Shown one piece after another: positions 1 to 7,906 of a DNA stretch of 23,508 bases. Position 1 is the stretch's first letter; each line of letters begins with the position of its first letter. The position numbers and the translations under genes were made by a program. The stretch lies in the IMG/VR virus record IMGVR_UViG_2857776322_000004, positions 74,353 through 97,860 of that record. The stretch is one strand, 5' to 3'. Below the pieces are notes generated by a model. That model was not told the DNA's origin. It saw nothing but the letters and a program-made list of their open reading frames with translations, and ran no database searches. This DNA is from a virus.

Positions 1-2
1 AG

Positions 3-1157
3 TTGGAGGAGATCGCCGAGGCCAACGACCTGTACGACGAGTCGAGCCTGGGGCACACCGACGCGTTCGTGTACGGGCGCGGCTACATCAGCGGTGGTTC
101 GTCGTGCGAGTGCGACGGGCCGGGTAGGTGCGACGACTGCCCACCGTTGCTGACGGTGGAGTCGCCCCTCGACATGACGATGTTGTGGGATCCGCGGCTG
201 CGTATGGGGTTGTCGGCGCTGCGCGAGTGCATCCAGGACGAGGAACGCATGTCTGTCCTGATGCTTCCGAACTCCACCATTTGGACGGTCGAGACGGAGA
301 ACGGGTACGAGATCGTCGACCGTGACGACCACGGTCTGGGCATGCTGCCGGTGCTGCGGTTGGCGAACAGGCAGCGCACCGCGGACAGGATCGGCCGGTC
401 CGAGATCACCCCGGACGTCATGTCCATCACCGACGCCGCCTGCCGGCGCCTGCTCGGCATCGAGGTGGCCGCAGAGTTCTACGGCGCTCCGCAGCGATAC
501 ATCCTGGGCGCGTCCGAGTCCGCGTTCCAGGATGCCGAGGGCAACGCGACCTCGGCGTGGGAAACGTACATCGGCCGCATGCTCGCGTTGGAACGGGACG
601 AGGACGGCAATATCCCCGAGGTCGGCCAGTTCACGGCGCACGACCCGTCCGGCCAGACGAAGATCATCGACCTGTATGCGCGGATCATGGCGACCCAACT
701 CGGCCTACCGCCGCACATGTTGGGCTACACCAGCGACAACCCGGCGTCCGCCGACGCGATCCGCAGCGCCGAGTCCATGCTGGTGAAGAAGGCCGAGCGG
801 CGTATCCGCCGTTTCGGTCGGGTGTGGGCGCAGGCGATGCGCCTGGCGCTGTGGATCCGCGACGGCGAACCCCCGGACAAGTCGCGACGGATCGAGACCG
901 TGTGGCGCAACCCCGCCACGCCGACGGTCGCGGCCTCCACCGACGCCGCCGTGAAGTTGGTCCAGGCCGGGGTGCTCCCGGCCGATTCGGACGTCGTGCT
1001 GGAGATGGTCGGCCTGACTCAGTCCCAGCAACAGCGCGTGCGCGCCGATCGGCGCCGTCGCGGCGCGTCGCTGCTCCTGGAGCAGCTGGGCCGGGACCTT
1101 CCGCCGGCTCCGACCGGTGCGAATCCGGGAGCGGTCGATGGCCCGCCGGATCTCTGA
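3..1157 (+). CDS. Phage portal protein (SPP1 gp6-like, actinophage type), 5'-truncated by the window edge
   Basis: Motifs typical of actinophage portals (GRSEIT, EFYGAPQRYILG, DNPASADAIRSAE, ETVWRNPATPT, DAAVKL); first gene of the head module. The ORF is open at the window start. Confidence 0.9.
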   Translation: MEEIAEANDLYDESSLGHTDAFVYGRGYISGGSSCECDGPGRCDDCPPLLTVESPLDMTMLWDPRLRMGLSALRECIQDEERMSVLMLPNSTIWTVETENGYEIVDRDDHGLGMLPVLRLANRQRTADRIGRSEITPDVMSITDAACRRLLGIEVAAEFYGAPQRYILGASESAFQDAEGNATSAWETYIGRMLALERDEDGNIPEVGQFTAHDPSGQTKIIDLYARIMATQLGLPPHMLGYTSDNPASADAIRSAESMLVKKAERRIRRFGRVWAQAMRLALWIRDGEPPDKSRRIETVWRNPATPTVAASTDAAVKLVQAGVLPADSDVVLEMVGLTQSQQQRVRADRRRRGASLLLEQLGRDLPPAPTGANPGAVDGPPDL

Positions 1158-1983
1158 CGGCTCGTCCGCCGCGCGCCGGCTGCGCACTCAACAGCGCGGC
1201 ATGCTTCGCATGCTGTTCCGCGACATCCGCGCGCGCATGCGCACCCTCGACCCGGCGCGACCCGCGTCCGCGCGGCCGTGGATCGCGGGCATCGCCACCG
1301 AGGTGGACCGCTACGCGCAGATCGCTGCGGAACTGTCGGCCCGCGCCTACGAGGCCGAACGCGAAGCGGCCGGGCTGCGCAGTACGTTCCGGCCGGCGCT
1401 CGCCGACTCGCCGCCCGCCGAGCAGATCGAGGCGACGATGCGGTGGGCGGCACACGACGTGTGGACGCCGCCTGACCCCGAGCCGTCCGGACCCGCCGAC
1501 GGCAGACCCCACTCGGCGCGCATCGCCGAACGGCTGCTCGCCGGTGTGCAGCAGCGCGCCGAGGCGGCGGCGGGACGGCTCGCGCTGGACGCAGGGCGGC
1601 GCACGATCGTCGAGGCCGTCGAGCAGGACCCGGACGCCCGCGGCTGGTACCGCTCCGCCCAACCCACCGCGTGCGCGTTCTGCCGGCTGATGGCGAGCAG
1701 GGGAGCGGTCTACAAGACCCGGGGAACCGCCGGGACGGACGCCAACGAGAACTTCACCGGCGAGGGCCTGTTCAAATTCCACAACGACTGCGCCTGCGTC
1801 GCGCTCCCGGTGCTGCGCGGCGACGTCTTCAGCCTGTCGCCCGAGGCCACCGAATGGGACCGGATCTACTTCGAGTTCGCCTCCGGTCACCCCGGTGACC
1901 AGCTCCGGCGCTACCGCATCGCGATGCGCCTGATCGATCAGGGACGCACCCCCACGCCCGAGGACTTCGGCGACCGTCCCTGA
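1138..1983 (+). CDS. Capsid maturation / MuF-like minor head protein
   Basis: Lies between portal and scaffold; has CAFCRLMASRG and HNDCAC Cys/His motifs typical of this family. ATG 1138 follows GGGAG and overlaps the portal end (track start 1117). Confidence 0.75.
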   Translation: MARRISDGSSAARRLRTQQRGMLRMLFRDIRARMRTLDPARPASARPWIAGIATEVDRYAQIAAELSARAYEAEREAAGLRSTFRPALADSPPAEQIEATMRWAAHDVWTPPDPEPSGPADGRPHSARIAERLLAGVQQRAEAAAGRLALDAGRRTIVEAVEQDPDARGWYRSAQPTACAFCRLMASRGAVYKTRGTAGTDANENFTGEGLFKFHNDCACVALPVLRGDVFSLSPEATEWDRIYFEFASGHPGDQLRRYRIAMRLIDQGRTPTPEDFGDRP

Positions 1984-2024
1984 CCCCACATACCCGCCGT
2001 GCGCGAGCGCGGCGCCGTCCCAAC

Positions 2025-2068
2025 GCCCGCCCAGGTGGCGGGCTTTCGCATGTCCGCCCCAGGAGGGC
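2025..2068 (+). promoter_or_regulatory. Two tandem hairpins with CAGG(T/A) loops in the scaffold leader; the second contains the RBS
   Basis: GCCCGCC-CAGGT-GGCGGGC (2025-2043, then TTT) and GCCC-CAGGA-GGGC (2056-2068). Confidence 0.45.
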
Positions 2069-2075
2069 CAACCGC

Positions 2076-2735
2076 ATGAGCACCCCCATCGAACTGACCC
2101 CTGCCGCCCCCGAGCAGGAGCCGGTCGAGCCCGTCACGCCCGCGCCCGTCGATCCGCAGGCGCCCGAGCCGGAAGAGCCCACCACCGAGCCCCAGGCGGG
2201 CCCGACGGACCCCTGGGCGGATCCGGACGTGGCTCGACGCGAGATCGAGAAGCTGCGTCGTGAGGCCGCGGCCAGCCGAACCAAGGCCAAGGACCGCGAC
2301 ACCCTCGCGGCCAAGGTCGCCGAGTACGAGCGGGCCCAACTCTCCGAGCAGGAACGGCTCCAGGCGGAGCTGGCCGAGGCCCGACAGCAGTCCCAGGCCC
2401 TCCAGACCCGCACGGCCCGCGCCGAACTGCGTGCTGCGGCAGGGGAGTTCAAGGACCCCGAGGACGCGGTCGCGTACCTCAAGGACCGGCTCGGCTCCTA
2501 CGTCGACGCGCAGGGCGAGATCGACGAGGCGCAGATCGCGGTCGACCTGGCGGACCTCGTGGAGCGCAAGCCGCACCTGGCCAAGGCCGCCCCCGCCGCG
2601 CCGCCCGCAGAGCCCGCGTCCCCGCGCCGCCCGGCGCCGGATCGCACGCAGGCCGCGGGCGCCAACCCCACCCGCACCTCCACCCCCGGCGACGAGTTCG
2701 CCGAGTGGTTCACGAACGCGGCCTTCGGCCGCTGA
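2076..2735 (+). CDS. Capsid scaffolding protein
   Basis: Acidic Pro-rich N-terminus, coiled coil (EIEKLRREAAASR, LSEQERLQAEL), directly upstream of the capsid gene; AGGAGG RBS. Confidence 0.85.
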   Translation: MSTPIELTPAAPEQEPVEPVTPAPVDPQAPEPEEPTTEPQAGPTDPWADPDVARREIEKLRREAAASRTKAKDRDTLAAKVAEYERAQLSEQERLQAELAEARQQSQALQTRTARAELRAAAGEFKDPEDAVAYLKDRLGSYVDAQGEIDEAQIAVDLADLVERKPHLAKAAPAAPPAEPASPRRPAPDRTQAAGANPTRTSTPGDEFAEWFTNAAFGR

Positions 2736-2748
2736 AAGCAGGACCCCG

Positions 2749-3708
2749 ATGGCGGCTACGCCCCCGATCAAGCTCTCCAATGTCGACGCCGCACTTTTGC
2801 CCCGCATCCTGACGGGGCCGATCTTCGAAAAGAGCGTCGAGCAGTCCGCGGTCATGCAGCTGTCGAAGCGCATCCCGCTCGCGATCGACACGACGACCAG
2901 CATCCCGGTGCCGCTGGACGTGCCTACGGCCGACTGGGTCGGTGAGGCCCAGCGCAAGCCGATCTCCTCCGGCGCGGTCGCGATCAAGACCATGACCGCG
3001 AAGAAGATCGCGGTCCTGATCCCCGTGTCCGAGGAGGTCGCCAAGACCAACGCGGGCGGGCTGTGGACACAGCTCCAGAACGACCTGCCCACCGCGTTCG
3101 CCAGGGCCTTTGACTTCGCGACCATCCACGGCAAGACCATGCGCGGTGCGACGGGCCCGTTCGCGGACTACCTGACGAAGACCTCGCAGTCCGTCACGCT
3201 CGGTACCGCGACCAAGGCCAACGGCGGCCTGTGGGCCGACTTCGTGACCGGCATGAAGACGATCACGAACAACGACTACGACCTGACCGGGTTCGTCGCG
3301 GACTACCGGCTGAAGCCGGACCTGATGCTCTCGACGGACCTGAACGGGCGGCCGTTCTTCGCCGACACCACGACCTCCCCGGTCACCGACCGGGCGCTGT
3401 CGGGTTCGCTGCTTGCGCAGCCCCTGGCGTACTCCCGGTCGGTGTCCGGGAAGCAGCGCCGCCAGTCCACCTCCACCGACACCGGCCTGCGGGCCGTCGG
3501 CGGCGACTGGTCGCAGACCGCCTACGGCGTCGGCATGGACATCACCGTGCGCATCTCCAACGAGGCGACCTACATCGACGAAGAGGGCGCCGTTCACAGC
3601 GCGTTCCAAGAGAACTTGGTTTTGCTCCTGGCGGAGGCGTACTACGGCTACGTCCAGGGCGACGACGACGCGTTCGTCAAGTACGTCGGCACCCCCAGCG
3701 GTTCGTGA
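2749..3708 (+). CDS. Major capsid protein (HK97 fold), 319 aa
   Basis: ADWVGEAQRKP, KKIAVLIPVSEEV, GGDWSQ, SAFQENLVLLLAEAYYG motifs; ATG 2749 follows AGGA inside track ORF 2260..3708. Confidence 0.93.
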   Translation: MAATPPIKLSNVDAALLPRILTGPIFEKSVEQSAVMQLSKRIPLAIDTTTSIPVPLDVPTADWVGEAQRKPISSGAVAIKTMTAKKIAVLIPVSEEVAKTNAGGLWTQLQNDLPTAFARAFDFATIHGKTMRGATGPFADYLTKTSQSVTLGTATKANGGLWADFVTGMKTITNNDYDLTGFVADYRLKPDLMLSTDLNGRPFFADTTTSPVTDRALSGSLLAQPLAYSRSVSGKQRRQSTSTDTGLRAVGGDWSQTAYGVGMDITVRISNEATYIDEEGAVHSAFQENLVLLLAEAYYGYVQGDDDAFVKYVGTPSGS

Positions 3709-4718
3709 CCACGACGGCGGCGAGGCCGCTGCGCATCGTCGCCCGCATGGGCCAGTACCCGCCCGCGCACAACGCCGGCGGCGAGATCGCGACCCACGCC
3801 ATGCTGCGCGCCCTGGTGGCACGCGGCCACGACGTCTCGGTGTGGCTCGCCCGCTACGGCTCCGCCGCACGGCCCTACGAGGTCGACGGTGTGCGCGTCG
3901 TCCCCTTCGAGACCCAGGCCGACTTCGACACCGCGCTGCGCCGGTCACACGCGGTGCTCGGCCAGTACGAACTGGTCCCGGCGACACGGGCGTTGGCGAA
4001 CGGCTACGGCAAGCCCCTGATCGTGCCGGTGCACACCTCGCGCCCTCCGACACTGCGGAATCTGGTGGCCGGCACCACGGCGCTTGCCGTGCACAACTCC
4101 CAGTGGGTCAGCCGGGAGGCTGAAGCGCTCCTTGCGGAGCAGCCCGACGCGACGCGCCCGAACGCGTCGATCGTGGTGCGGCCCCCGGTGGTCGCCGCGG
4201 AGTACGCGACGACACCGGGGGACCGGGTCACCCTGGTCAACCCGTGCCACGAGAAGGGCGGCACGGTGGTGCGGGAACTCGCCCGACGGATGCCCGACAC
4301 CGCGTTCATGGTGGTGGCCGGCGCCTACGGCGAACAGGTCGACTACACGGGCCTGAACAACGTGAGCGTCGTCGGCCACACCGCCGGCGCCGCCGCCATG
4401 CGGGACCGGGTCTATGCCCGCTCCCGCATCGTGCTCATGCCCTCCACCTACGAGTCGTGGGGCAGAGTCGCCGTCGAGGCCATGGCGTCCGGCATCCCCG
4501 TGATCGCCTCGCCCACACCCGGCCTGCGCGAATGCCTCGGCGACGCCGGGACGTTCGCCGACCCGCGCGACATCGACGCGTGGGAGACGGCGCTGCGCCG
4601 ACTGGAGAAGCCCGCCGCCTGGAAGGCGGCGTCGAGCCGGGCGCTCGCCCGGTCGGCGGAACTCGATCCCACCGACGACCTCGAGGCGTTCGTGAGCGCC
4701 GTCGAGGCTCTGCACTGA
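3705..4718 (+). CDS. Glycosyltransferase family 4 (GT-B fold), 337 aa
   Basis: N-terminal YPP..AGGE..H..LRAL...GHDVSV, a KG motif, and the EX7E motif (PSTYESWGRVAVEAMASGIPVIAS). GTG overlaps the capsid stop codon (GTGA). Confidence 0.88.
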   Translation: MTTTAARPLRIVARMGQYPPAHNAGGEIATHAMLRALVARGHDVSVWLARYGSAARPYEVDGVRVVPFETQADFDTALRRSHAVLGQYELVPATRALANGYGKPLIVPVHTSRPPTLRNLVAGTTALAVHNSQWVSREAEALLAEQPDATRPNASIVVRPPVVAAEYATTPGDRVTLVNPCHEKGGTVVRELARRMPDTAFMVVAGAYGEQVDYTGLNNVSVVGHTAGAAAMRDRVYARSRIVLMPSTYESWGRVAVEAMASGIPVIASPTPGLRECLGDAGTFADPRDIDAWETALRRLEKPAAWKAASSRALARSAELDPTDDLEAFVSAVEALH

Positions 4719-4731
4719 GGGAGGTGCGGTC

Positions 4732-5142
4732 GTGGCGTTCGTGCCCCCCTCCGCCGAGGACCTGGGGCTGTACCTGTCCCTCGGCGAGATCGACGGCGCC
4801 CGCGCCGACCTGATGATCCATCAGGCCGTGCTGCTGTGCGAGTCCGTCGTCACACCCCTGCCCGACGCTGCCTCCGTCGTCGTGCTGTCCGCCGCGGGCC
4901 GCGCCTACGCGAACCCCCAGGGCGTCAGCTACGAGACGATCGGCCCGATCAGCGTGCAACGGCCCCAGGCGGGCTTGTACTTGACCAAGGCCGAACGCAC
5001 CGCGCTGAAGGCGATGGCCGGGCGCGGCGGCGCGTTCACGATCGACCCCACCCCTGCGGACGCGACCCCCGTCCCGACCTATCCGATCGACGACGACGGC
5101 TGGTGGGGCCTCGAGTGGGAACCGGGCTGGGGGTGGATCTGA
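4732..5142 (+). CDS. Head-to-tail adaptor
   Basis: RAYANPQGVSYETIGP...GLYLTKAER motif of actinophage adaptors; GGAGG RBS; synteny. Confidence 0.8.
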   Translation: MAFVPPSAEDLGLYLSLGEIDGARADLMIHQAVLLCESVVTPLPDAASVVVLSAAGRAYANPQGVSYETIGPISVQRPQAGLYLTKAERTALKAMAGRGGAFTIDPTPADATPVPTYPIDDDGWWGLEWEPGWGWI

Positions 5143-5143
5143 C

Positions 5144-5506
5144 GTGGTCTTCCCCGTCCCGTTCGGGGTCACCCTGATCCGACTCCGGTCCGGACCGTCG
5201 CCGGGCCGGGATCCCTACGGCAAACCGATTCCCGGGCCGGTCGTCGAAACCCCCCTGCCCGGCTGTGTGGTCACGCCACGTCAGGCTGCTCCGGCCCCCG
5301 GAGGGTCCGAGCAACAGGCACGCGACACCGTCATCAAGGGCCTGACCGTGTACGCGCCCCCGGGAACGGACGTGCGCACCACCGACCGGTTCCGCCACCG
5401 CGGCCTCGTCTACGAGGTCACCGGCGAGCCGGGGGAGTGGGGGCCGTCGGCGTTCACCGGCACCGCCGGTTGCACGCAGTTCCTCCTCGACCGCATCACC
5501 GGCTGA
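5144..5506 (+). CDS. Head-to-tail stopper / head closure protein
   Basis: DPYG, TVYAPPGTDV..TDRF...G..YEV.GEP..W motifs; synteny. Confidence 0.8.
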   Translation: MVFPVPFGVTLIRLRSGPSPGRDPYGKPIPGPVVETPLPGCVVTPRQAAPAPGGSEQQARDTVIKGLTVYAPPGTDVRTTDRFRHRGLVYEVTGEPGEWGPSAFTGTAGCTQFLLDRITG

Positions 5507-5521
5507 CGAGGGGAGACCGAC

Positions 5522-5860
5522 ATGCCCACCCGGTTCAAGCTCGACAACAAGGGCGTCGGGGAACTCCTGCGCTCGCAGATGCTGCTGCGCGAGATGATCC
5601 GCCGGGCCCAGGCGATCAAGAGCACCGCCGAGGCGCTGGCCCCGGTGAGCCCACGCCCCGACGACTACCACTCGGGCCTGTACAAGACGTCGTTCAAGGT
5701 CATCGTCACCGACCGCGGCGCCCGTCGACACGACCGCGCCCAGGCCACCGTCCACAACTCCGCGTGGTATGCGGCCTGGGTCGAGTACGGCGCCGAGGGC
5801 GGACGCGGCGGCGGACACCACGTCCTGCTGCGCGCGGCAGAGGCAGCAGGCGGCGGCTGA
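5522..5860 (+). CDS. Neck protein (HK97 gp10-like)
   Basis: APV...SG.YK.SF and YAAWVEYG...HHVLLRA motifs; GGGGAG RBS; synteny. Confidence 0.75.
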   Translation: MPTRFKLDNKGVGELLRSQMLLREMIRRAQAIKSTAEALAPVSPRPDDYHSGLYKTSFKVIVTDRGARRHDRAQATVHNSAWYAAWVEYGAEGGRGGGHHVLLRAAEAAGGG

Positions 5861-6252
5861 TGGACGCCTTCGTCGACATCGAGGTCCTGCTCATCGCGTG
5901 GTTGTCGGCCGGCAGGCCCGGTACGACCTGGGCGGCCGAACTCGACAACGACCTCCTGTCCTACCTGCCGTGCGGCCAAGTGGTTCGCGTCGGCGGCGAC
6001 GACGACGGAACCCGGCTGGACCGGGCCCTCGTCGACGTCGACATCTACGCGGCCGGCCGGGCGCAGGCCGCCGACATCGCCGCGTGGACCCGCACCGCCC
6101 TCACCAGGAACCTGCCCGGGAGTTCGCTCCCCGGCGCGGTCGTCGGGCGCGTCTCCACGGTGTCCGCGCCCGCGTGGCGCCCCTACGAGAACACCGCGCT
6201 GCGCCGCATGGGCGCCACCTACGAGGTGTTCCTTCACCCGGCCGTGACCTGA
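5860..6252 (+). CDS. Tail terminator / tail completion protein, 130 aa
   Basis: TGATG coupling to the upstream gene; MDAFVDIE..., VVRVGG.DD, VDVDIYA motifs; position before the major tail gene. Confidence 0.75.
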   Translation: MDAFVDIEVLLIAWLSAGRPGTTWAAELDNDLLSYLPCGQVVRVGGDDDGTRLDRALVDVDIYAAGRAQAADIAAWTRTALTRNLPGSSLPGAVVGRVSTVSAPAWRPYENTALRRMGATYEVFLHPAVT

Positions 6253-6316
6253 CCGGCCCACTTTCCTTTCCGGCCCCGCCGCGCGTGGGGCCTTCGCACG
6301 TCTGGAGACACCCCCG

Positions 6317-6904
6317 ATGTCCCTTGTGATTCCCCGCGATGCCGATGTGACGATGGCAGGTGTGAACGGCGGAGGCTGGGTCGGCCCCCTGGGTACGGCC
6401 AAGCCCGCCAGTCCGCTTGCAACCCCTCCGCCGACCTGGGCCGCCCTGGGCCGCCTCACCGAGGACGGCCTGGTCCGCGGCTGGGACGAGGACTCCACCG
6501 AGTTCCGTTCCTGGGGTCAGACCGCGCCGTTCCGCACGATCATCACCAAGTCCAACAGGACCTTCAAGGTCGCGTGCCAGGAGATCAACCGGCCTGCGGT
6601 GATGAGCCTGTGGAACCGCATCCCCGAGGGCTCGCTGACGCCCGACGTCGACGGATTCGTCAACTTCGCCGAGACCGCGACGCCGGTTCCCGACCGGCGC
6701 GCCTGGTGGTTCATCGTCCTGGACGGCACGACGTTCCGCGGGTTCTACGTCCCCCAGGGCGAGATCAGCAACCGCGAGGACGAGACGTACAAGAACGACG
6801 AGTTGGCGACCTACAACATGACGATCACCGCGTACCCGGACGACGCCGGGAACACCGTCTACCACACCTACAAGGTCGCCACGGTGGACAGCCCCAGCAG
6901 CTGA
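6317..6904 (+). CDS. Major tail (tube) protein
   Basis: W..LG.LTEDG, EFRSWG, YNMTITAYPD motifs of actinophage tail tubes; GGAGA RBS. Confidence 0.88.
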   Translation: MSLVIPRDADVTMAGVNGGGWVGPLGTAKPASPLATPPPTWAALGRLTEDGLVRGWDEDSTEFRSWGQTAPFRTIITKSNRTFKVACQEINRPAVMSLWNRIPEGSLTPDVDGFVNFAETATPVPDRRAWWFIVLDGTTFRGFYVPQGEISNREDETYKNDELATYNMTITAYPDDAGNTVYHTYKVATVDSPSS

Positions 6905-6920
6905 CCCGCCATCACCGACC

Positions 6921-6958
6921 GGTGGGCGGGCGGCACTTCGCGGGACCGCCCGCCCACC
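6921..6958 (+). terminator. GC-rich stem-loop after the major tail gene (terminator or mRNA stabiliser)
   Basis: GGTGGGCGGGCGG-N12-CCGCCCGCCCACC, a 13-bp perfect stem. Confidence 0.65.
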
Positions 6959-7010
6959 ACCTCTCTACATCCCGCGACCCGCGACCCGCGAACCATCAGG
7001 AGTGAAACCC

Positions 7011-7463
7011 ATGAACGACGCCCCCACGCAGCCCTACGTCGACCTCGACCGGCCCCAGGCCGCCACGGCTGCGGAACCGCGGCAGGACATCGCGCGCGAA
7101 CCCGTCGTCGCCCGGGAGGCGAGCCCCGAATTCCGGGCGCAGGAGATCGAGGCCCTTGCCCCGGACGGATACGTGCGCGCGGACCTGGCCGGCGAGATCG
7201 ACGGCGAGACCGTCGTCGCCGAGGTCATGGCACTCATGCCCGGCAAATGGCGGGCATCGGTCATGCGCCTCCTGCGTGCGGGCGACTTCGACGGCTTCAT
7301 GTCCGCCGTCCTCACCGCGGACGGCTACGACGCCTATCTCGAACTCGACCCGAACCAGGACCAGTTCGCGGCCTTCGTCGAGGACCTGTCCACGAAGGGC
7401 GGCGAATCGGTGGGAAAGTCGAGTGGACGACGGGGATCTGCGACGCGTATGCGGAGGAGGTAG
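7011..7463 (+). CDS. Tail assembly chaperone (gpG-like)
   Basis: AGGAG 8 nt upstream of ATG 7011; lies between the major tail and tape measure genes; slippery site near its 3' end. Confidence 0.82.
   Translation: MNDAPTQPYVDLDRPQAATAAEPRQDIAREPVVAREASPEFRAQEIEALAPDGYVRADLAGEIDGETVVAEVMALMPGKWRASVMRLLRAGDFDGFMSAVLTADGYDAYLELDPNQDQFAAFVEDLSTKGGESVGKSSGRRGSATRMRRR
7412..7418 (+). promoter_or_regulatory. Programmed -1 frameshift slippery site G GGA AAG
   Basis: In-frame X XXY YYZ heptamer identical to the lambda G/T site; the -1 frame is open to 7870. Confidence 0.85.
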
Positions 7464-7870
7464 AAGCGGACCTCCGTTCCTACAGCGGCGTGAACTTTCT
7501 CGACGTCCATCGCGGACTCCTGACCTGGCGTCAGGTCCGGGTGATGATCGAGAAACTGCCGCCGGAGTCGGCGACGTGGACGGCGATCCGCAACGACGCC
7601 CCCGAACCCGCCGCCGACGATCCCCCCGGCCGGCCGCCCGAGGAGGGCCGCTGGTCCCAGGTGGAAATGCTCCTGGCCGCCGTATTGGAGGCCATCCGCG
7701 ATCTCCACCACCACGAGATCTGCGTGAACTGGGACACCTCCAAGGCCCCCCGCCCCGCGCCGCCCGACCGCATCCGGCGACCCGGATGGCGGCCTCCGAC
7801 AACGCAACTCGACCCGTCGCCCGCATGGGCGCGGGCACTGTTCGACGCCATCGTCGACGGCCCTACGTGA
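7412..7870 (+). CDS. Tail assembly chaperone -1 frame extension (gpT-like part of the gpGT fusion 7011..7870)
   Basis: Reads ...EVEADLRSYSGV..LD.HRGLLTWRQVRVMIEKLPPESAT..., typical of actinophage gpT; no independent RBS is evident. Confidence 0.82.
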   Translation, partial: GKVEWTTGICDAYAEEVEADLRSYSGVNFLDVHRGLLTWRQVRVMIEKLPPESATWTAIRNDAPEPAADDPPGRPPEEGRWSQVEMLLAAVLEAIRDLHHHEICVNWDTSKAPRPAPPDRIRRPGWRPPTTQLDPSPAWARALFDAIVDGPT

Positions 7871-7906
7871 CCCACGTCTGACACCAGCACGAGGAGGTGA
7901 CTCCTC

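Noticed and set aside
2085-2093. CCCATCGAA matches the reverse complement of part of spacer 2
   Set aside because: A 9-nt match with non-matching flanks; not distinguishable from chance.
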